Counted from the stretch's first letter, positions 1 through 12,261 are shown. The stretch is DNA of 64,000 nucleotides from an uncultured Chloroflexia bacterium (GCA_963707215.1 CAVPPB010000001.1:416001-480000), one strand, 5' to 3'. Notes: generated by a model from the sequence alone, not told the origin. Program-made: numbers and translations.

Positions 1-1
1 G

Positions 2-967
2 CTCGAGGGCGCCGACGCGGTCGCCCACGGATGCACCGGCAAGGGCAACGACCAGGTCCGCTTCGACGTCGCGGTCCATGCCCTGGACCCTGGACTGGCT
101 GTCGTGGCGCCGATGCGGGTCGGCATGGGCCTGACCCGTGACCAGGAGATCGACTACGCGGAGGCCCGCGGCATCGAGATCCCGATCACCAAGCAGTCGC
201 CCTACTCGATCGACGTCAACCTGTGGGGCCGCTCCTGCGAGACCGGGGTCCTCGAGGACCCCTGGACGACACCGCCGGCCGATGCGTATGAGTGGACGGT
301 CGCCCCGTCGGACGCGCCCGCCCCGGTCGAGATCGTCGTCGCCTTCGAGGGCGGCATCCCGGTCTCGGTCGACGGCGAGCGGCTGCCACCGGCCGAGCTG
401 GTCGAGCGGCTCAACACCCTCGGCGGGGCCCACGGCGTCGGCCGGATCGACCACGTCGAGGACCGCCTCGTCGGCATCAAGAGCCGCGAGGTCTACGAGG
501 CGCCTGCCGCGGCGATCCTCCACACGGCCCACCGCGCGCTCGAGGGCCTCACCCTGACCAAGGACACCCTCCGCTTCAACAGCCTCGTCGCCGACGAGCT
601 GGCCCGCCTGACCTACGACGGCCTGTGGTTCAGCGCCCTGTCACGGGATCTGCGGGCGTACGCGGCGTCATCGCAGCGGGTCGTCTCGGGCGAGGTCCGG
701 CTGCGGCTCGACCACGGATCGGCGGTCCTGGCCGGCCGGCGCTCGCCGCTCTCGCTCTACGACAAGGACCTCGCGACGTACGACGAGGGCGACGCCTTCG
801 ACCACGCCAGCGCGGTCGGGTTCATCGAGATCTTCGGCCTGCCGCTGCGGGTCGAGGCGGCCCGCCACGGCGCCGTCGGAGCCCACCACGGCGCGGCCTG
901 GGCCTGGACCGACCCGCTCCTCGAGCGTCTCGAGGTGAGCATGACGGAGGCGACACCGACCGGCTGA
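2..967 (+). CDS. argG: Argininosuccinate synthase (5'-truncated by window edge)
   Basis: In frame from base 2: AVAHGCTGKGNDQVRF; then YSIDVNLWGRS and DHVEDRLVGIKSREVYEAP motifs. Confidence 0.97.
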   Translation, partial: LEGADAVAHGCTGKGNDQVRFDVAVHALDPGLAVVAPMRVGMGLTRDQEIDYAEARGIEIPITKQSPYSIDVNLWGRSCETGVLEDPWTTPPADAYEWTVAPSDAPAPVEIVVAFEGGIPVSVDGERLPPAELVERLNTLGGAHGVGRIDHVEDRLVGIKSREVYEAPAAAILHTAHRALEGLTLTKDTLRFNSLVADELARLTYDGLWFSALSRDLRAYAASSQRVVSGEVRLRLDHGSAVLAGRRSPLSLYDKDLATYDEGDAFDHASAVGFIEIFGLPLRVEAARHGAVGAHHGAAWAWTDPLLERLEVSMTEATPTG

Positions 968-1012
968 CGGATCGCCGCAGGCTGTTCGACCCCCGACTCG
1001 CGGCCCGACCCC

Positions 1013-2116
1013 CTATCCGACGACGACCGGCAGCTCCTCGGCCCGGATCCGGGCGTAGCCGGGCTTGACGACCTCGTTGATGAGGCGGAGCCGCTCGTCG
1101 AACGGGGCGAAGGCGCTCTTGAGGGCGTTGATCGTCAGCCATTCGAGCTCGCCGAGACCCAGCCCGAAGGCCGTGTCGAGGGCGGCCATCTCGCTCGACA
1201 TGGACACTCCGCTCATCAGCCGGTTGTCGGTGTTGACGGTGACCCGGAAGCGGAGACGTCGGAGCAGGTCGAAGGGGTGGGCCTCGATCGAGGCGGCGGC
1301 CCCGGTGTGGACGTTCGAGGTCGGGCACATCTCGAGCGGCACGCGCCGGTCGCGCACGAGGGCCGCCAGGCGACCGAGGTGGACCGACCCGTCGTCGCGG
1401 ACCTCGACGTCGTCGACGATCCGGACGCCGTGGCCCAGCCGCTCGGCGCCGCACCACTGGAGCGCCTCGGCGATCGACGGGAGCCCGAAGCTCTCGCCGG
1501 CGTGGATCGTGAGATGGAAGTTCTCGTGGCGGACGAGGTCGAACGCCTCCAGGTAGCGGGTCGGCCGGTAGCCTGCCTCGGGGCCGGCCACGTCGAAGCC
1601 GACGACCCCCTGATCCCGCCAGCGGACGGCCAGCTGGGCGATCTCCAGGCTCCGGGCGAACTGGCGCATCGCCGTGATCAGCGTCCGGACCTCGATGGGG
1701 TGGCCGGCGGCGGCGGCCCGCCGCTCGCCCTGGCGGAAACCGGCCTGGACTGCCTCGACGACCTCGTCGAGGGTCAGGCCTCGCTCGACGTGGAGCTCGG
1801 GAGCGAACCGGACCTCGGCGTACACGACGCCGTCGGCGGCGAGGTCCTCGGCGCACTCTGCGGCGACACGCGCCAGGGCGTCCGGTGTCTGCATGACCCC
1901 GACGGTGTGAGCGAAGGTCTCGAGGTAGAGCTCCAGGCTCTTGCGGTCGGCACCCTGGGTGAACCAGCGGGCCAGCTCGTCGACGTCCATCGTCGGCAAC
2001 GCCCCGTAGCCGGTCTCGCGAGCGAGTTCGACGACCGTCGCGGGTCGCAGTCCGCCGTCGAGGTGGTCGTGGAGCAGTGCCTTGGGTGCCCGTCGGATCG
2101 TCTCGAGTGTCAGCAC
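1013..2116 (-). CDS. add: Adenosine deaminase
   Basis: [11 protein letters not shown] (HxHxDG), HAGE, RLGHG, CPTSN, VNTDN; GTG at 2116 preceded by GGAGG. Confidence 0.93.
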   Translation of the reverse strand: MLTLETIRRAPKALLHDHLDGGLRPATVVELARETGYGALPTMDVDELARWFTQGADRKSLELYLETFAHTVGVMQTPDALARVAAECAEDLAADGVVYAEVRFAPELHVERGLTLDEVVEAVQAGFRQGERRAAAAGHPIEVRTLITAMRQFARSLEIAQLAVRWRDQGVVGFDVAGPEAGYRPTRYLEAFDLVRHENFHLTIHAGESFGLPSIAEALQWCGAERLGHGVRIVDDVEVRDDGSVHLGRLAALVRDRRVPLEMCPTSNVHTGAAASIEAHPFDLLRRLRFRVTVNTDNRLMSGVSMSSEMAALDTAFGLGLGELEWLTINALKSAFAPFDERLRLINEVVKPGYARIRAEELPVVVG

Positions 2117-2225
2117 GCCTCGCCCTCCACGGCCGATCGATCCTGCGATCGATCGCGCCGATCGTACCGCGCCGAGACCACCCGTCGACCGCTCGGTACA
2201 CTCGGCGAGCCGGTACGGGAGCACC

Positions 2226-4049
2226 ATGTCCAAGCCGATCGAATCCTACGCCCTGCTCGGTGACACGCACACCGCGGCGCTGGTCGCCCGCGACGGGTCC
2301 GTCGATTGGATGTGCGCGCCGCGCTTCGACTCGCCGGCCTTCTTCGCCGCCCTCCTGGGGACGGCCGACCACGGTCGCTGGCAGCTCGCGCCCGTCGAGC
2401 CGTCCACCTCCACCGAGCGCCGCTATCGAGGGGACAGCCTGGTCCTCGAGACGGAGATGACGACGGACTCGGGTACGGTCCGGATCGTCGATTGCCTCGT
2501 CCCCGGACGGGCGACGCCCCACCTCGTGCGTGTCGTCGAGGGCATGCGCGGCTCGGTCCGGTGCCGCTCCGAGCTCATCCTGCGCTTCGACTACGGCTCG
2601 GTCGTCCCATGGGTCCGGCAGCTCGACGGCCGGCTTCACGCTGTGGCCGGACCCGACGCGATCGTCCTCGACACACCTGTCGAGACCCACGGCGAGGACC
2701 GGGCCACGGTCGCCGAGTTCACCGTCGGCGAGGGTGACCGTGTCCCGTTCGTGCTGGGCTGGCACGCGTCGCACCATCACGCCCCCCGGCCGCTCGAGGC
2801 GGCCGAGGCGATCGAGCAGACCACCGAGTGGTGGGCGTCCTGGTCCGCCAAGTGCACCTACGAAGGACCATGGAGTGCCGCGGTACGCGGTTCCTTCACG
2901 GTGTTGAAGGCGCTCACGTACGGCCCCACCGGCGGTCTCGTCGCTGCCGCCACGACGTCGCTCCCGGAGCAGCTCGGCGGGGTCCGCAACTGGGACTATC
3001 GCTACTGCTGGCTTCGCGATGCGACCTTCGCGCTGTACGCCCTCGTCCTCGGCGGGCACCGGGACGAGGCAAAGGCCTGGCGCGACTGGCTCGTTCGAGC
3101 CGTCGCCGGTGATCCGGATCGGGTCCAGATCATGTACGGGCTGGCGGGCGAGCGTCGACTGCCCGAGCTCACGCTCGAGTGGCTGCCCGGGTACGCGGAT
3201 TCGCGGCCCGTCCGGATCGGCAACGGTGCCGTCCGCCAGGTCCAGCTCGACGTCATCGGCGAGATCCTTGATGCCGGACACGTGGCTCGACGGGCCGGCA
3301 TCCCGCCTGACCCCGTCGCCTGGGCGATGCAGCGGCACCTGCTGGGCTACCTCGAGGAGCACTGGCGAGATCCGGACGATGGCCTCTGGGAGGTCCGCGG
3401 CGGCGGTCGCCGCTATACCCATTCGGGAGTCATGTCGTGGGTCGCCTACGACCGGGCCGTCAAGGCCGTGGAGCGGTTCGGGCTGCCGACGACGGTCCCG
3501 GTCGAGCGTCTCCGGGCGATCCGCGACGCCATCCATGCCGAGGTCTGCGACTTCGGATTCGATCCCGAGCGCGGCTCCTTCGTCCAGGCGGCCGGCTCCA
3601 GGGCGCTCGATGCCAGCCTGCTGCTCATCCCGCTGGTCGGCTTCCTGCCCGCCGGCGATCCGAGGGTCCGAGCGACGATCGAGGCGATCGAGCGGGAGCT
3701 CACGGTCGACGGCTTCGTGATGCGCTACCTCCACGACGAGGCCCCCGATGGCCTGCCACCCGGCGAGGCCACCTTCCTGGTCTGCTCCTTCTGGATGGTC
3801 GACTGCCTGAGCCTGGTCGGGCGGACCACGGACGCCCGGCAACGCTTCGAGCGGCTCCTGGCGGTGCGCAACGACGTCGGCCTCTATGCGGAGGAGTACG
3901 ACCCCCGGGCGGCGCGGATGCTCGGCAACTTCCCGCAGGCCTTCAGCCACGTCGGGCTCGTCAACTCGGCCTTCAACCTGGCCGGTCTCCACGGCCCGGC
4001 GGAGCATCGTGCCGAGCGGCCCGGGCAGGGGGAGGCTCGACGGGTCTAG
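2226..4049 (+). CDS. Glycoside hydrolase family 15 (trehalase/glucoamylase-like)
   Basis: [42 protein letters not shown] motifs; ATG 2226 after GGAG. Confidence 0.93.
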   Translation: MSKPIESYALLGDTHTAALVARDGSVDWMCAPRFDSPAFFAALLGTADHGRWQLAPVEPSTSTERRYRGDSLVLETEMTTDSGTVRIVDCLVPGRATPHLVRVVEGMRGSVRCRSELILRFDYGSVVPWVRQLDGRLHAVAGPDAIVLDTPVETHGEDRATVAEFTVGEGDRVPFVLGWHASHHHAPRPLEAAEAIEQTTEWWASWSAKCTYEGPWSAAVRGSFTVLKALTYGPTGGLVAAATTSLPEQLGGVRNWDYRYCWLRDATFALYALVLGGHRDEAKAWRDWLVRAVAGDPDRVQIMYGLAGERRLPELTLEWLPGYADSRPVRIGNGAVRQVQLDVIGEILDAGHVARRAGIPPDPVAWAMQRHLLGYLEEHWRDPDDGLWEVRGGGRRYTHSGVMSWVAYDRAVKAVERFGLPTTVPVERLRAIRDAIHAEVCDFGFDPERGSFVQAAGSRALDASLLLIPLVGFLPAGDPRVRATIEAIERELTVDGFVMRYLHDEAPDGLPPGEATFLVCSFWMVDCLSLVGRTTDARQRFERLLAVRNDVGLYAEEYDPRAARMLGNFPQAFSHVGLVNSAFNLAGLHGPAEHRAERPGQGEARRV

Positions 4050-5476
4050 CCCTCGCCGGCCTCCCGGCCCAGGCGTTGGCGGGCTGCGGCCAGGGCCGCC
4101 CGGACCCGCTCGGGCGCGGTGCCGCCGACGACGTCGCACGTCGCCACGGCCGCCTCCAGGGTGGCCCCCGCCCGGAGCTCCGCGCCGATCCCAGGGGCCG
4201 TCGCCAACTTCGCCGCGGCGGGATCGCCGCTACCGGTGAGGACGAGTTCGACGAGGGCGTCGGGGATCTCGTCCAGGCCGAGGCCTGCCTCCTCGGCATG
4301 GGCGACGAGCGAGCCGACGACATGGTGGGCGGCCCGGAACGGCACGCCCCGCCGAGCGAGCGCGTCGGCCACGGCGGTGGCCGTCGTGTAGCCCTCGGCT
4401 GCCGCCTCGCGCATCCGGGCTCGGTCGACGGTGACCGTCGCCACGAGACCGGCCATCACCGCCAGTGAGGCCTCGAGCGTCGCGACGGCCGCGAAGAGCG
4501 GCGCCTTGTCCTCCTGCAGATCGCGCTGATAGGCCAGCGGGAGGCCCTTGAGCAACCCCAGCGTCCCGGCCAGGCCCCCGGCGACGGTGGCGGCGCGCCC
4601 GCGGACCAGCTCCGCCGGGTCCGGGTTCCGCTTGTTGGGCATCATCGAGGAGCCCGTCGAGAAGGCGTCGGCGACCCGGATGAAGCCGAACCGCGGGTTC
4701 GACCACCAGGTGACCTCCTCGGCGAGCCGCGAGAGGTGGGTCATCGCGAGGGCGCAGGCCGCGACGATCTCCACGACGAAGTCGCGGTCCGCCACGGCGT
4801 CGAGCGAGTTGGCAGTCACCCCGTCGAACCCGAGCTCGTCGGCGACCGCCTCCCGGTCGATCGGGAAGCCGGCCCCCGCGAGCGCCCCCGACCCGAGCGG
4901 GCTCAGGTTGAGGCGGCCGCGAGCGTCGGCCAGGCGGCCCCGGTCGCGCTCGAGCATCTCGACATAGGCCAGGAGATGGTGGGCCAGCAGGACGGGCTGG
5001 GCGGGCTGGATGTGGGTGGTTCCCGGCAGGATCGCCTCGCCGTCGCGCTCGGCCAGCCCCACGAGGGCCGCTTCGAGCCCGACGATCGTCCGGTCGAGCC
5101 GGTCGCAGGCGCGCCGCGCCCAGAGGCGCAGGTCGGTCGCGACCTGGTCGTTGCGGGAGCGTCCCGTGTGGAGCTTGCCGGCGACCGGGCCGATCCGCTC
5201 GTGCAGGGCAGCCTCGAGGTTGAGGTGGACGTCCTCGAGCTCCGGGTCCAGCTCCAGCGACCCGTCGACGACCTCGCGGCGAAGGGCCTCGAGGCCCCCG
5301 ACGAGGGTCTCCACCTCGGCGGGCTCGAGGAGCCCGGCCCGTCCGAGCCCGCGGACATGGGCGATGGAGCCGACCAGGTCGTCCTCCGCCAGGGCAGCAT
5401 CGATCTCGGTCGACCGGGTGAACGCGATGACCGACGGGTCGTTGGGCTCGCGGAAGCGGCCACCCCAGAGTCTCAT
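4046..5476 (-). CDS. argH: Argininosuccinate lyase
   Basis: MRLWGGRF, HTGRSRNDQVATD, GSSMMPNKRNPD signature. Confidence 0.96.
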   Translation of the reverse strand: MRLWGGRFREPNDPSVIAFTRSTEIDAALAEDDLVGSIAHVRGLGRAGLLEPAEVETLVGGLEALRREVVDGSLELDPELEDVHLNLEAALHERIGPVAGKLHTGRSRNDQVATDLRLWARRACDRLDRTIVGLEAALVGLAERDGEAILPGTTHIQPAQPVLLAHHLLAYVEMLERDRGRLADARGRLNLSPLGSGALAGAGFPIDREAVADELGFDGVTANSLDAVADRDFVVEIVAACALAMTHLSRLAEEVTWWSNPRFGFIRVADAFSTGSSMMPNKRNPDPAELVRGRAATVAGGLAGTLGLLKGLPLAYQRDLQEDKAPLFAAVATLEASLAVMAGLVATVTVDRARMREAAAEGYTTATAVADALARRGVPFRAAHHVVGSLVAHAEEAGLGLDEIPDALVELVLTGSGDPAAAKLATAPGIGAELRAGATLEAAVATCDVVGGTAPERVRAALAAARQRLGREAGEG

Positions 5477-5506
5477 CGGACGCCTCCGCTCATCGTGCAC
5501 CTCCGC

Positions 5507-7006
5507 TCATGGGGTCACCCAGCCTTTCGAGCGCTCGACGGCCCGGTGCCAGTCGTCGAGCAGCCGGCGCCGCCCCGCGGCGGCCATCCGCGGCTCGAAT
5601 CGTCGGTCCAGCCGCCAGGTGGCTGCCAGCTCATCCGTCCCGTCCCAGAAGCCCACCGCCAGGCCGGCCAGGAAGGCGGCCCCGAGGGCCGTCGTCTCCG
5701 TCACCACGGGTCGCTCGACCGGGACCTCGAGCAGGTCAGCCTGGAGCTGCAGGAGCGCATCGTTGCGGGCGGCGCCCCCGTCGACCCGCAGCTCGGCCAA
5801 CCGGGAGCCTGTGTCGGCCTCCATCGCCTCGAGTACGTCGGCGACCTGGAGGGCGATCGAGTCGACCGTGGCCCGGGCGATCTCGGCCAGGCCGGTCCCA
5901 CGGGTCAGCCCGATGAGCAGCCCGCGGGCACCGGGGTCCCAGTGCGGCGCTCCCAGGCCGGTGAAGGCCGGCACGAGCACGACGCGGTCACGGGCGCCAG
6001 CGGCCAGTGCCTCGACCTCGTCCGAGGACCGGATCGCCCCAAGGCCGTCGCGGAGCCACTGGACGGCGGCCCCCGCGATGAACACCGAGCCCTCGAGGGC
6101 ATAGGCGGGCGGGGCGCCCGGTCCGAGCTGCCAGAGGACCGTCGTCACGAGGCCGCTACCCGACGGCACGGGCTGGTCGCCGACGTTGCGGAGCGTGAAG
6201 GCGCCAGTGCCGTAGGTGTTCTTCGCCATCCCCGGCGCCAGGCAGGCCTGGCCGAACGTCGCTGCCTGCTGGTCGCCCGCGATCCCGGCGATGGGGATGG
6301 AGCGCCCGAGCCAGCTGGGATCCGTCTCCGCGTAGACCTCCGAGGATGAGCGCACCTCGGGCAGGACCGCCAGCGGGACGCCGACGAGGTCGGCCAGCTC
6401 CGGATCCCAGCTCATGGCCCGCAGGTCCAGGAGGAGGGTCCGGCTGGCGTTCGACACGTCGGTCGCGTGGATCCGCCCGCAGGTCAGCCGCCAGAGGAGG
6501 AACGAGTCGACGGTCCCGGCGGCGAGTTCACCGGCCTCGGCCCGCGCTCGGGCGCCGGGCACGCTGTCGAGGATCTCGGCGATCTTCGGACCGGCGAAGT
6601 AGGCATCGAGCGGCAGGCCGGTGCGCTCCCGGAAGGCAGACTCATGCCCGGCCGCCCGGAGGGCCTCGCAACGCGGGGCCGTGATCCGGCTCTGCCAGAC
6701 GATCGCGTCGGCGATCGGGTCCCCGGTGGCCCGGTCCCAGACGATCGTCGTCTCGCGCTGGTTGGTCAGCCCGATCCCCGCCACGTCGGCGGCCCCGGCG
6801 CCGGCCCGGGCGATCGCCTCCCGTGCCGTCGCGAGCTGGGTCGACCAGATGTCGGCAGGGTCGTGGGTGACGTGACCGGGCGTCGGGTAGTGCTGGGGGA
6901 ACTCCTGCTGGGCGGTGGCGACCGGTCGACCCGACCGATCGAAGAGGATCGCCCGCGACGACGTCGTGCCCTGGTCGAGAGCCAGGACGAACCGCGGCTC
7001 GGTCAT
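5507..7006 (-). CDS. glpK: Glycerol kinase
   Basis: [46 protein letters not shown]. Confidence 0.97.
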   Translation of the reverse strand: MTEPRFVLALDQGTTSSRAILFDRSGRPVATAQQEFPQHYPTPGHVTHDPADIWSTQLATAREAIARAGAGAADVAGIGLTNQRETTIVWDRATGDPIADAIVWQSRITAPRCEALRAAGHESAFRERTGLPLDAYFAGPKIAEILDSVPGARARAEAGELAAGTVDSFLLWRLTCGRIHATDVSNASRTLLLDLRAMSWDPELADLVGVPLAVLPEVRSSSEVYAETDPSWLGRSIPIAGIAGDQQAATFGQACLAPGMAKNTYGTGAFTLRNVGDQPVPSGSGLVTTVLWQLGPGAPPAYALEGSVFIAGAAVQWLRDGLGAIRSSDEVEALAAGARDRVVLVPAFTGLGAPHWDPGARGLLIGLTRGTGLAEIARATVDSIALQVADVLEAMEADTGSRLAELRVDGGAARNDALLQLQADLLEVPVERPVVTETTALGAAFLAGLAVGFWDGTDELAATWRLDRRFEPRMAAAGRRRLLDDWHRAVERSKGWVTP

Positions 7007-8769
7007 CGCCCGGCCACCAGCTCGGACCCGGGGTCGACCGGAACCACGGTCGACCCCACGACGGACGCTGAGCTCGCGCCGGCCCCGGCTGACGCCACCC
7101 CGGGTGACGCGGGGGTGCCGATCGGGTCCGTCGGCCCGCCGGGGACGTCGTACTCCCGTCGCGCCGTCGCCAGGTAGGACTCGACCTCGGCCCGCTGGCG
7201 ATCCTCGTCCCAGCCGAGCTCGCCACCGAGGATGGCGGCGACCCGCGGGGCGATCGAGGCGCCGCGGTCGGGCAGGCTCGTTGAGAGGCGCATCCGTCGC
7301 GACAGGACGTCGTCGAGCGACAGGGCCAGCTCCTGGCGGGCCGCCCAGCTCACCTCGGCCTCGAGCTGGTGGGTCCCCGGGCCGAGGGTGGCCGGGTGGC
7401 CGGGTGAAGATGTCAGCCCGACGACGTCACGCGCCTCGGTGCCGTGGCGGGCGACGAGCCGCTTCGCGACCTCCGGGTCGAGCCCCTCGCCAGCCGCCAG
7501 TTCGTCGGCCAGACCGGCAAGCGCGCGGCGATCGGCGGCACCGACCAGGAGCAGCTGTGACGTCGCCGAGGGGTGCGTCCGGGCCTCGTCGCCCAGCGCC
7601 GCGTCGACCGCGTCTCGGGCCATGATCCGGTAGGTCGTGTACTTGCCGCCGCCGATCCGGACGAGCCCCGACCGCTCGACCCTGACGCGGTGCTCCCGAC
7701 TCACCTTGACGGTGGAGCGGTCGCCGCCGTCGCCGACGAGGGGACGGATCCCGGTGAACGCACCGACGACCTCGTCGAGACGCAGATCGACGTCAAGGGT
7801 GGCGTTCACAGCGTCGAGGATGCGGCGGACCTCGTGCCCGGTGGGCGCCGGGCGGTCGGGGGGGCCGGGGTCGGGCTCGTCGGTCGTCCCGATGAGCCAG
7901 GCGTCCGGCCAGGGCACCACGAAGACCACCCTCCCGGCAACCCGGATCGTCATCCCGGTCCGGAGCGGCAGGCGGTCCCGCCGGACGACGAGATGCGAGC
8001 CTCGGCTGGGAACCATCCGGACGGGAGCCCTGCCGAACGGATCGTCCGTCCGCGACGACCAGACGCCGGTCGCGGCCACGACGTGCCTGGCCCGGACCTC
8101 GAAGTCGACCCCCGCGAGCACATCCCGGACACGGACCCCGCCGACCCGGCCGGCATCGTCGAGGAGAAGTCCGGTGGCCTCGGTCCGCGTCGTGGCGACG
8201 GCCCCGAGCGTCACCGCCGTCCGGGCGAGCGCGACGACGAAGCGGGCGTCGTCCTCGGTGCCGTCGTGGTAGACGATCCCTCCCCGGAGCCCGTCACGGC
8301 GAAGGACCGGGGCCAGATCGAGGGTGGCGTCGACGTCGAGATGCCGCGCCCGTCCGCCGTCGCGGGCCGCCCCGAGCAGGTCGTAGAGGGCGATGCCGCT
8401 CCCGTAGACGAGCCTCGTGACGCCGGGCGGGCCGTAGAGCGGGAAGAGGAACGGCTCGAGGGTCACCAGGTGTGGCGCCAGGCGGAGCAGCCGCGATCGC
8501 TCGGCCAGGGCCTCGCGGACCAGGCCGACGTGGAGCCGCTCCAGGTAGCGGAGCCCGCCGTGGATCAGCCGCGACGATCGCGACGACGTCCCCACGGCCA
8601 GGTCGTCGCGCTCGACCAGGGCGGCCCGCAGGCCGCGCGACGCGGCGTCGAGCAGGATGCCGGCGCCGGTGACGCCGCCGCCCACGACGACGAGGTCCCA
8701 TGGCTCATCGGCGAGCCGGCGGAGGTCGCGGACTCGTCGTTCGAGCGGTCGGTCGGGCGGGCGCTCCAC
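7003..8769 (-). CDS. glpD: FAD-dependent glycerol-3-phosphate dehydrogenase
   Basis: [36 protein letters not shown]; overlaps glpK start. Confidence 0.94.
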   Translation of the reverse strand: MERPPDRPLERRVRDLRRLADEPWDLVVVGGGVTGAGILLDAASRGLRAALVERDDLAVGTSSRSSRLIHGGLRYLERLHVGLVREALAERSRLLRLAPHLVTLEPFLFPLYGPPGVTRLVYGSGIALYDLLGAARDGGRARHLDVDATLDLAPVLRRDGLRGGIVYHDGTEDDARFVVALARTAVTLGAVATTRTEATGLLLDDAGRVGGVRVRDVLAGVDFEVRARHVVAATGVWSSRTDDPFGRAPVRMVPSRGSHLVVRRDRLPLRTGMTIRVAGRVVFVVPWPDAWLIGTTDEPDPGPPDRPAPTGHEVRRILDAVNATLDVDLRLDEVVGAFTGIRPLVGDGGDRSTVKVSREHRVRVERSGLVRIGGGKYTTYRIMARDAVDAALGDEARTHPSATSQLLLVGAADRRALAGLADELAAGEGLDPEVAKRLVARHGTEARDVVGLTSSPGHPATLGPGTHQLEAEVSWAARQELALSLDDVLSRRMRLSTSLPDRGASIAPRVAAILGGELGWDEDRQRAEVESYLATARREYDVPGGPTDPIGTPASPGVASAGAGASSASVVGSTVVPVDPGSELVAGR

Positions 8770-8866
8770 GTCCGAGAGTGTCGCAGATGTCGGCGCCTCC
8801 GGGCGTCGACCGATCCGGCGATGCGGGCGGTGAGCCGAGCCCCCGGACCCGGCGAGGGCGGGGCGG

Positions 8867-10063
8867 CTAGGCCGTCGCGCCCCCCTCGCTCGGGCCTTCC
8901 GGCCACTCCGGCCGGGGCTCCCGGCGACGGGGCATCGCCGCCCAGCCGACGAGCGCCGCGGCGGCGGTCGCCACCGATGCCGCCGCGAAGAACGGCGCCG
9001 TCCCGGCGGCCTGGATGACGATCCCGCCGACCAGGTTGGCGAGGATGGCCGCCAGACCGAAGGCGGTCGTCTGGTAGAGGCCCTGGCCGGTCCCCTGGAG
9101 CCGATCCGGCAGGAGTCGCTGCATGGTCAGGACGGCGGTGATCCAGATGCCGGCGAAGGCGAGGCCGCTGGGGATCCGCGTCAGGACGATCCAGAGGGGA
9201 TCGGCCAGGAACGCCCAGCTCAGGACGCAGAGCGCGTAGACGACGGCACAGCCGACGAAGAGGGTCCGGATGCCGAGCCGCGGCACGAGTCGTCCGGCCA
9301 CCAGCATCCCCGGGATCTCGGCCAGCGCCGACAGGCCGACGCTGAGCGCGACTGCCGACGGTCCGCCGCCAAGCTCGACCAGGCGCAGCCCAAGGAAGGT
9401 GAAGCCGCCGAGCACGCCAACGTGGACCAGGAGGATCGCCAGCAGGACCAGCGGCAGTCGCGGCTGCACCGCGAAGGCGACCCGAAAGGAGCCGCCCCGC
9501 CCGTGGGACGAGCCGTAGCGGGACAGCTCGGCCCGTGGGCGGTCCGGGATGCCGCCGGCGACGACGGCCATCACCACGGCCCCCAGCGAATAGAGGAGCG
9601 AGGCCGGACCGTATCCGGCGACGTCGTAGAGGAAGCCCACTGCGACGGCGGCTGCGGCGAACCCCAGGCTCGTCAGGAGCCGGATCGGCGGGTACTGGCG
9701 CTCGGGGTCCTCGAGCGCGTTGACGGCGACCGCATCGGCCAGCGGCCCGATGGCCGATTCGGTCCCTGCCCAGCAGAGGTAGAGCGCCGCGAGGAGGATC
9801 GGCGGCCATGGCAGGCCGAACGCGATGAGCGCCACGCCGGACAGCAGCGCCGCGACCCGCAGGGCTCCCGAGCGTCCGAGTCTGACGTCGGCGAGGTGGC
9901 CCCAACCGGGCACCGACGCGGCGAAGACGAGGCTGGCGGCCGCCGTGACCACCCCGATCACGGCCGGCGCGAAGCCCCGGTCGTCAAGGATGACCGCGAC
10001 GAACGGGAAGAAGGTCGCCAGGGCCAGGCCGTAGACGAGGAAGAAGATCCGGATGGCGCGCAC
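8867..10063 (-). CDS. MFS transporter
   Basis: ~12 hydrophobic helices, WGHLADVRLGR motif A variant; GTG 10063 lies 8 nt after a TACGAT -10 (start uncertain). Confidence 0.85.
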   Translation of the reverse strand: MRAIRIFFLVYGLALATFFPFVAVILDDRGFAPAVIGVVTAAASLVFAASVPGWGHLADVRLGRSGALRVAALLSGVALIAFGLPWPPILLAALYLCWAGTESAIGPLADAVAVNALEDPERQYPPIRLLTSLGFAAAAVAVGFLYDVAGYGPASLLYSLGAVVMAVVAGGIPDRPRAELSRYGSSHGRGGSFRVAFAVQPRLPLVLLAILLVHVGVLGGFTFLGLRLVELGGGPSAVALSVGLSALAEIPGMLVAGRLVPRLGIRTLFVGCAVVYALCVLSWAFLADPLWIVLTRIPSGLAFAGIWITAVLTMQRLLPDRLQGTGQGLYQTTAFGLAAILANLVGGIVIQAAGTAPFFAAASVATAAAALVGWAAMPRRREPRPEWPEGPSEGGATA

Positions 10064-10242
10064 GAGGACCCATCGTAGGGTCCGCACCGGGTCCCCGGGC
10101 GGCCGCGGTGCGAGCCGACCGAGGTGCCACGTCGGGTCGCGCCGCCCCGACGTTCCTGCCAGACTGCACCGACCGTGGACAGCCTCCCTGCCGGTCCGTC
10201 CGCTCCCCGACCTCGCCACGACGCCCGCCGGAGGTAGGCGCG

Positions 10243-11250
10243 ATGCAGGCGACCAGCCCGGGTTCGCGCGTCGACTGGGTCCTCTTCGGGCTGCTCGGGC
10301 TGTTCTGGGGCAGCAGCTACCTGTTCATCAAGATCGGGGTCGGCTCGATCACCCCGTTCAGTCTCATCGCCGGCAGGCTGCTGATCGGGGCCCTCATCCT
10401 GGGTATCGTCCTGCTGGCCAGCCGGGTGGAGCTGCCCCGGGAGCGTCGGGTCTACGGCCACCTGGCGGTGATGGCCTGCATCAACATCGCCATCCCGTTC
10501 TTCCTCATCACCTGGGGCGAGCAGTCGATCGACTCGGCCCTGGCGGCCATCCTCAACTCGACCGTTCCGCTCTTCACCATCGGGCTGGCGGCCCTCGTCT
10601 TCCCTGCCGAGGCCATCACCACCAACCGCCTGGCCGGGCTCATCGTCGGGTTCGTCGGGGTCGTCATCGTGGTCGGCCGCGGGACCGGGGTGGACGTCGG
10701 GATCGACGGCCTGGCCGGCGAGCTGGCGCTCATCGGCTCATCGATCTCCTACGCGCTGGGCGTGGTCTACGCACGCCGCTTCGTCCATGGTTTGCGACCG
10801 ATGGTCCCGGCCTTCTTCCAGGTCGCCATCGCCGCCGTGATCACCGGCTCGCTGGCGCTGGCGCTCGAGGCGCCCTGGACCCTCCAGCCCACCCCGGAGG
10901 CGCTCTTCGCGGTCCTCTGGCTCGGCGTCTTCGGCTCGAGCGCCGCGTACCTCATCTTCTTCCGGCTCATCCGCAGCTGGGGTCCGACCCGGACCTCGAT
11001 GGTGGCCTACCTGCTGCCGATCGTGGGCATCGTCCTCGGGGCCATCGTCCTGGGGGAGGTCATCGACGCCCGGATCGCCCTCGGCACCGGCCTGGTCATC
11101 GCCGGCGTCGCCCTGGTCAACTCCCGACGCCGTTCCCGTCAGCTCTACGCACGGGCGGCCACCGAGACCCCGCCGATCCCTCCGGACGCCCTGGCGTCCG
11201 TCGCCGAAGCGACCGACGCTGAGCCCGAGCCCGACCGGCCGACATCCTGA
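10243..11250 (+). CDS. DMT/EamA family transporter
   Basis: LFWGSSYLFIK, SALAAILNSTVPLF, YLLPIVGIVLG; RBS GGAGGT before ATG. Confidence 0.9.
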   Translation: MQATSPGSRVDWVLFGLLGLFWGSSYLFIKIGVGSITPFSLIAGRLLIGALILGIVLLASRVELPRERRVYGHLAVMACINIAIPFFLITWGEQSIDSALAAILNSTVPLFTIGLAALVFPAEAITTNRLAGLIVGFVGVVIVVGRGTGVDVGIDGLAGELALIGSSISYALGVVYARRFVHGLRPMVPAFFQVAIAAVITGSLALALEAPWTLQPTPEALFAVLWLGVFGSSAAYLIFFRLIRSWGPTRTSMVAYLLPIVGIVLGAIVLGEVIDARIALGTGLVIAGVALVNSRRRSRQLYARAATETPPIPPDALASVAEATDAEPEPDRPTS

Positions 11251-11268
11251 CGACCCGGACGCCGCGCC

Positions 11269-12213
11269 TCAGCCCCCAAGGACGAGCAGGGCGACGCCCG
11301 CGACCACGAGGACCGAGGCGAGGATCCGTCGCCCGGCGTCGCGCCGGTCCGACGCCTCGCCGAGGACGATGGCGCCCCATGCGGCCCCGAGCACGACGGC
11401 CGATTCTCGCAGCGGCGAGACGGCAGCCTGGGGCGCCTGCGAGAGGGCGTACAGCACCAGGAGGTAGCCAGCCAGCATGAAGAGGCCGCCCACGGCGGCC
11501 CGGCGCGTGGCGGCCCCGGCCAGCCGCGAACGGACGGAAGCACCCCCGACATCGCGGACCCCGGGACGATCGAGGCGCCGACGGGCGAGGGCAACGACCA
11601 CGAGGCCGAGGGACATCGCCGGCCAGATCAGCATCGCGTAGAGCCAGCCGTCCTCGAGGCGGACACCGATCCGGTCGATCGTCGTGTAGCCGGCGATGGC
11701 GACGCCGGTGGCCAGGGCAAGGACGCCTGCCGAGACGGCTGGGCGACCGCCTGCAGCGGTCCTCACCCGCCCGGCGCCCGCCCGGAGCGCCCGCCAGGGT
11801 CGCGTGAGCACGAGGATGGCGACCAGGAGCGCGACCACGCCGACGCCGCCGGCCGGACCGAGCCGCTCCCCGAGGAGGAGGACGCCGATCGCCGCGACGA
11901 TCACCGGCGAGGTGCCCCGGGCGGTCGGGTAGACGAGCGACAGGTCGCCGCGACGATACGCCTCCGAGAGGAGCGTGAAGTAGATCGTCCCGACCACTCC
12001 CGAGGCCACGATGAGCGCCGCCATGGTCGTGGTGACCGACGGTTGCCCCAACGTCAGCCACCCGACGACCGTGGGGACGACCAGGACCGTGGTCGCCGTC
12101 CACACGGCGATCGAGGTGGCTTCGAGCGGGTCGGCCCCGGTCTTGACCCGGATGTTCCAGGTGACGTGGAGGACGCCGGACAGCAGGACGAGGCCGACGA
12201 TGAGCGGGTCCAC
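11269..12213 (-). CDS. DMT/EamA family transporter
   Basis: LHVTWN, AYRRGDLSLVYPTARG, VSPLRESAV motifs. Confidence 0.87.
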   Translation of the reverse strand: MDPLIVGLVLLSGVLHVTWNIRVKTGADPLEATSIAVWTATTVLVVPTVVGWLTLGQPSVTTTMAALIVASGVVGTIYFTLLSEAYRRGDLSLVYPTARGTSPVIVAAIGVLLLGERLGPAGGVGVVALLVAILVLTRPWRALRAGAGRVRTAAGGRPAVSAGVLALATGVAIAGYTTIDRIGVRLEDGWLYAMLIWPAMSLGLVVVALARRRLDRPGVRDVGGASVRSRLAGAATRRAAVGGLFMLAGYLLVLYALSQAPQAAVSPLRESAVVLGAAWGAIVLGEASDRRDAGRRILASVLVVAGVALLVLGG

Positions 12214-12261
12214 GGCTAGGCGCGGCCGCCGCGCCGAGGCGACCGCACCTGCCGACCCGGC

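Noticed and set aside
822-4139. Very long alternative-frame ORFs (also 18907-22014, 24305-26425, 34826-37192, 55110-57596)
   Set aside because: Stop-poor shadow frames expected at very high GC; Arg/Pro/Gly-rich or antisense mirrors of well-supported genes.
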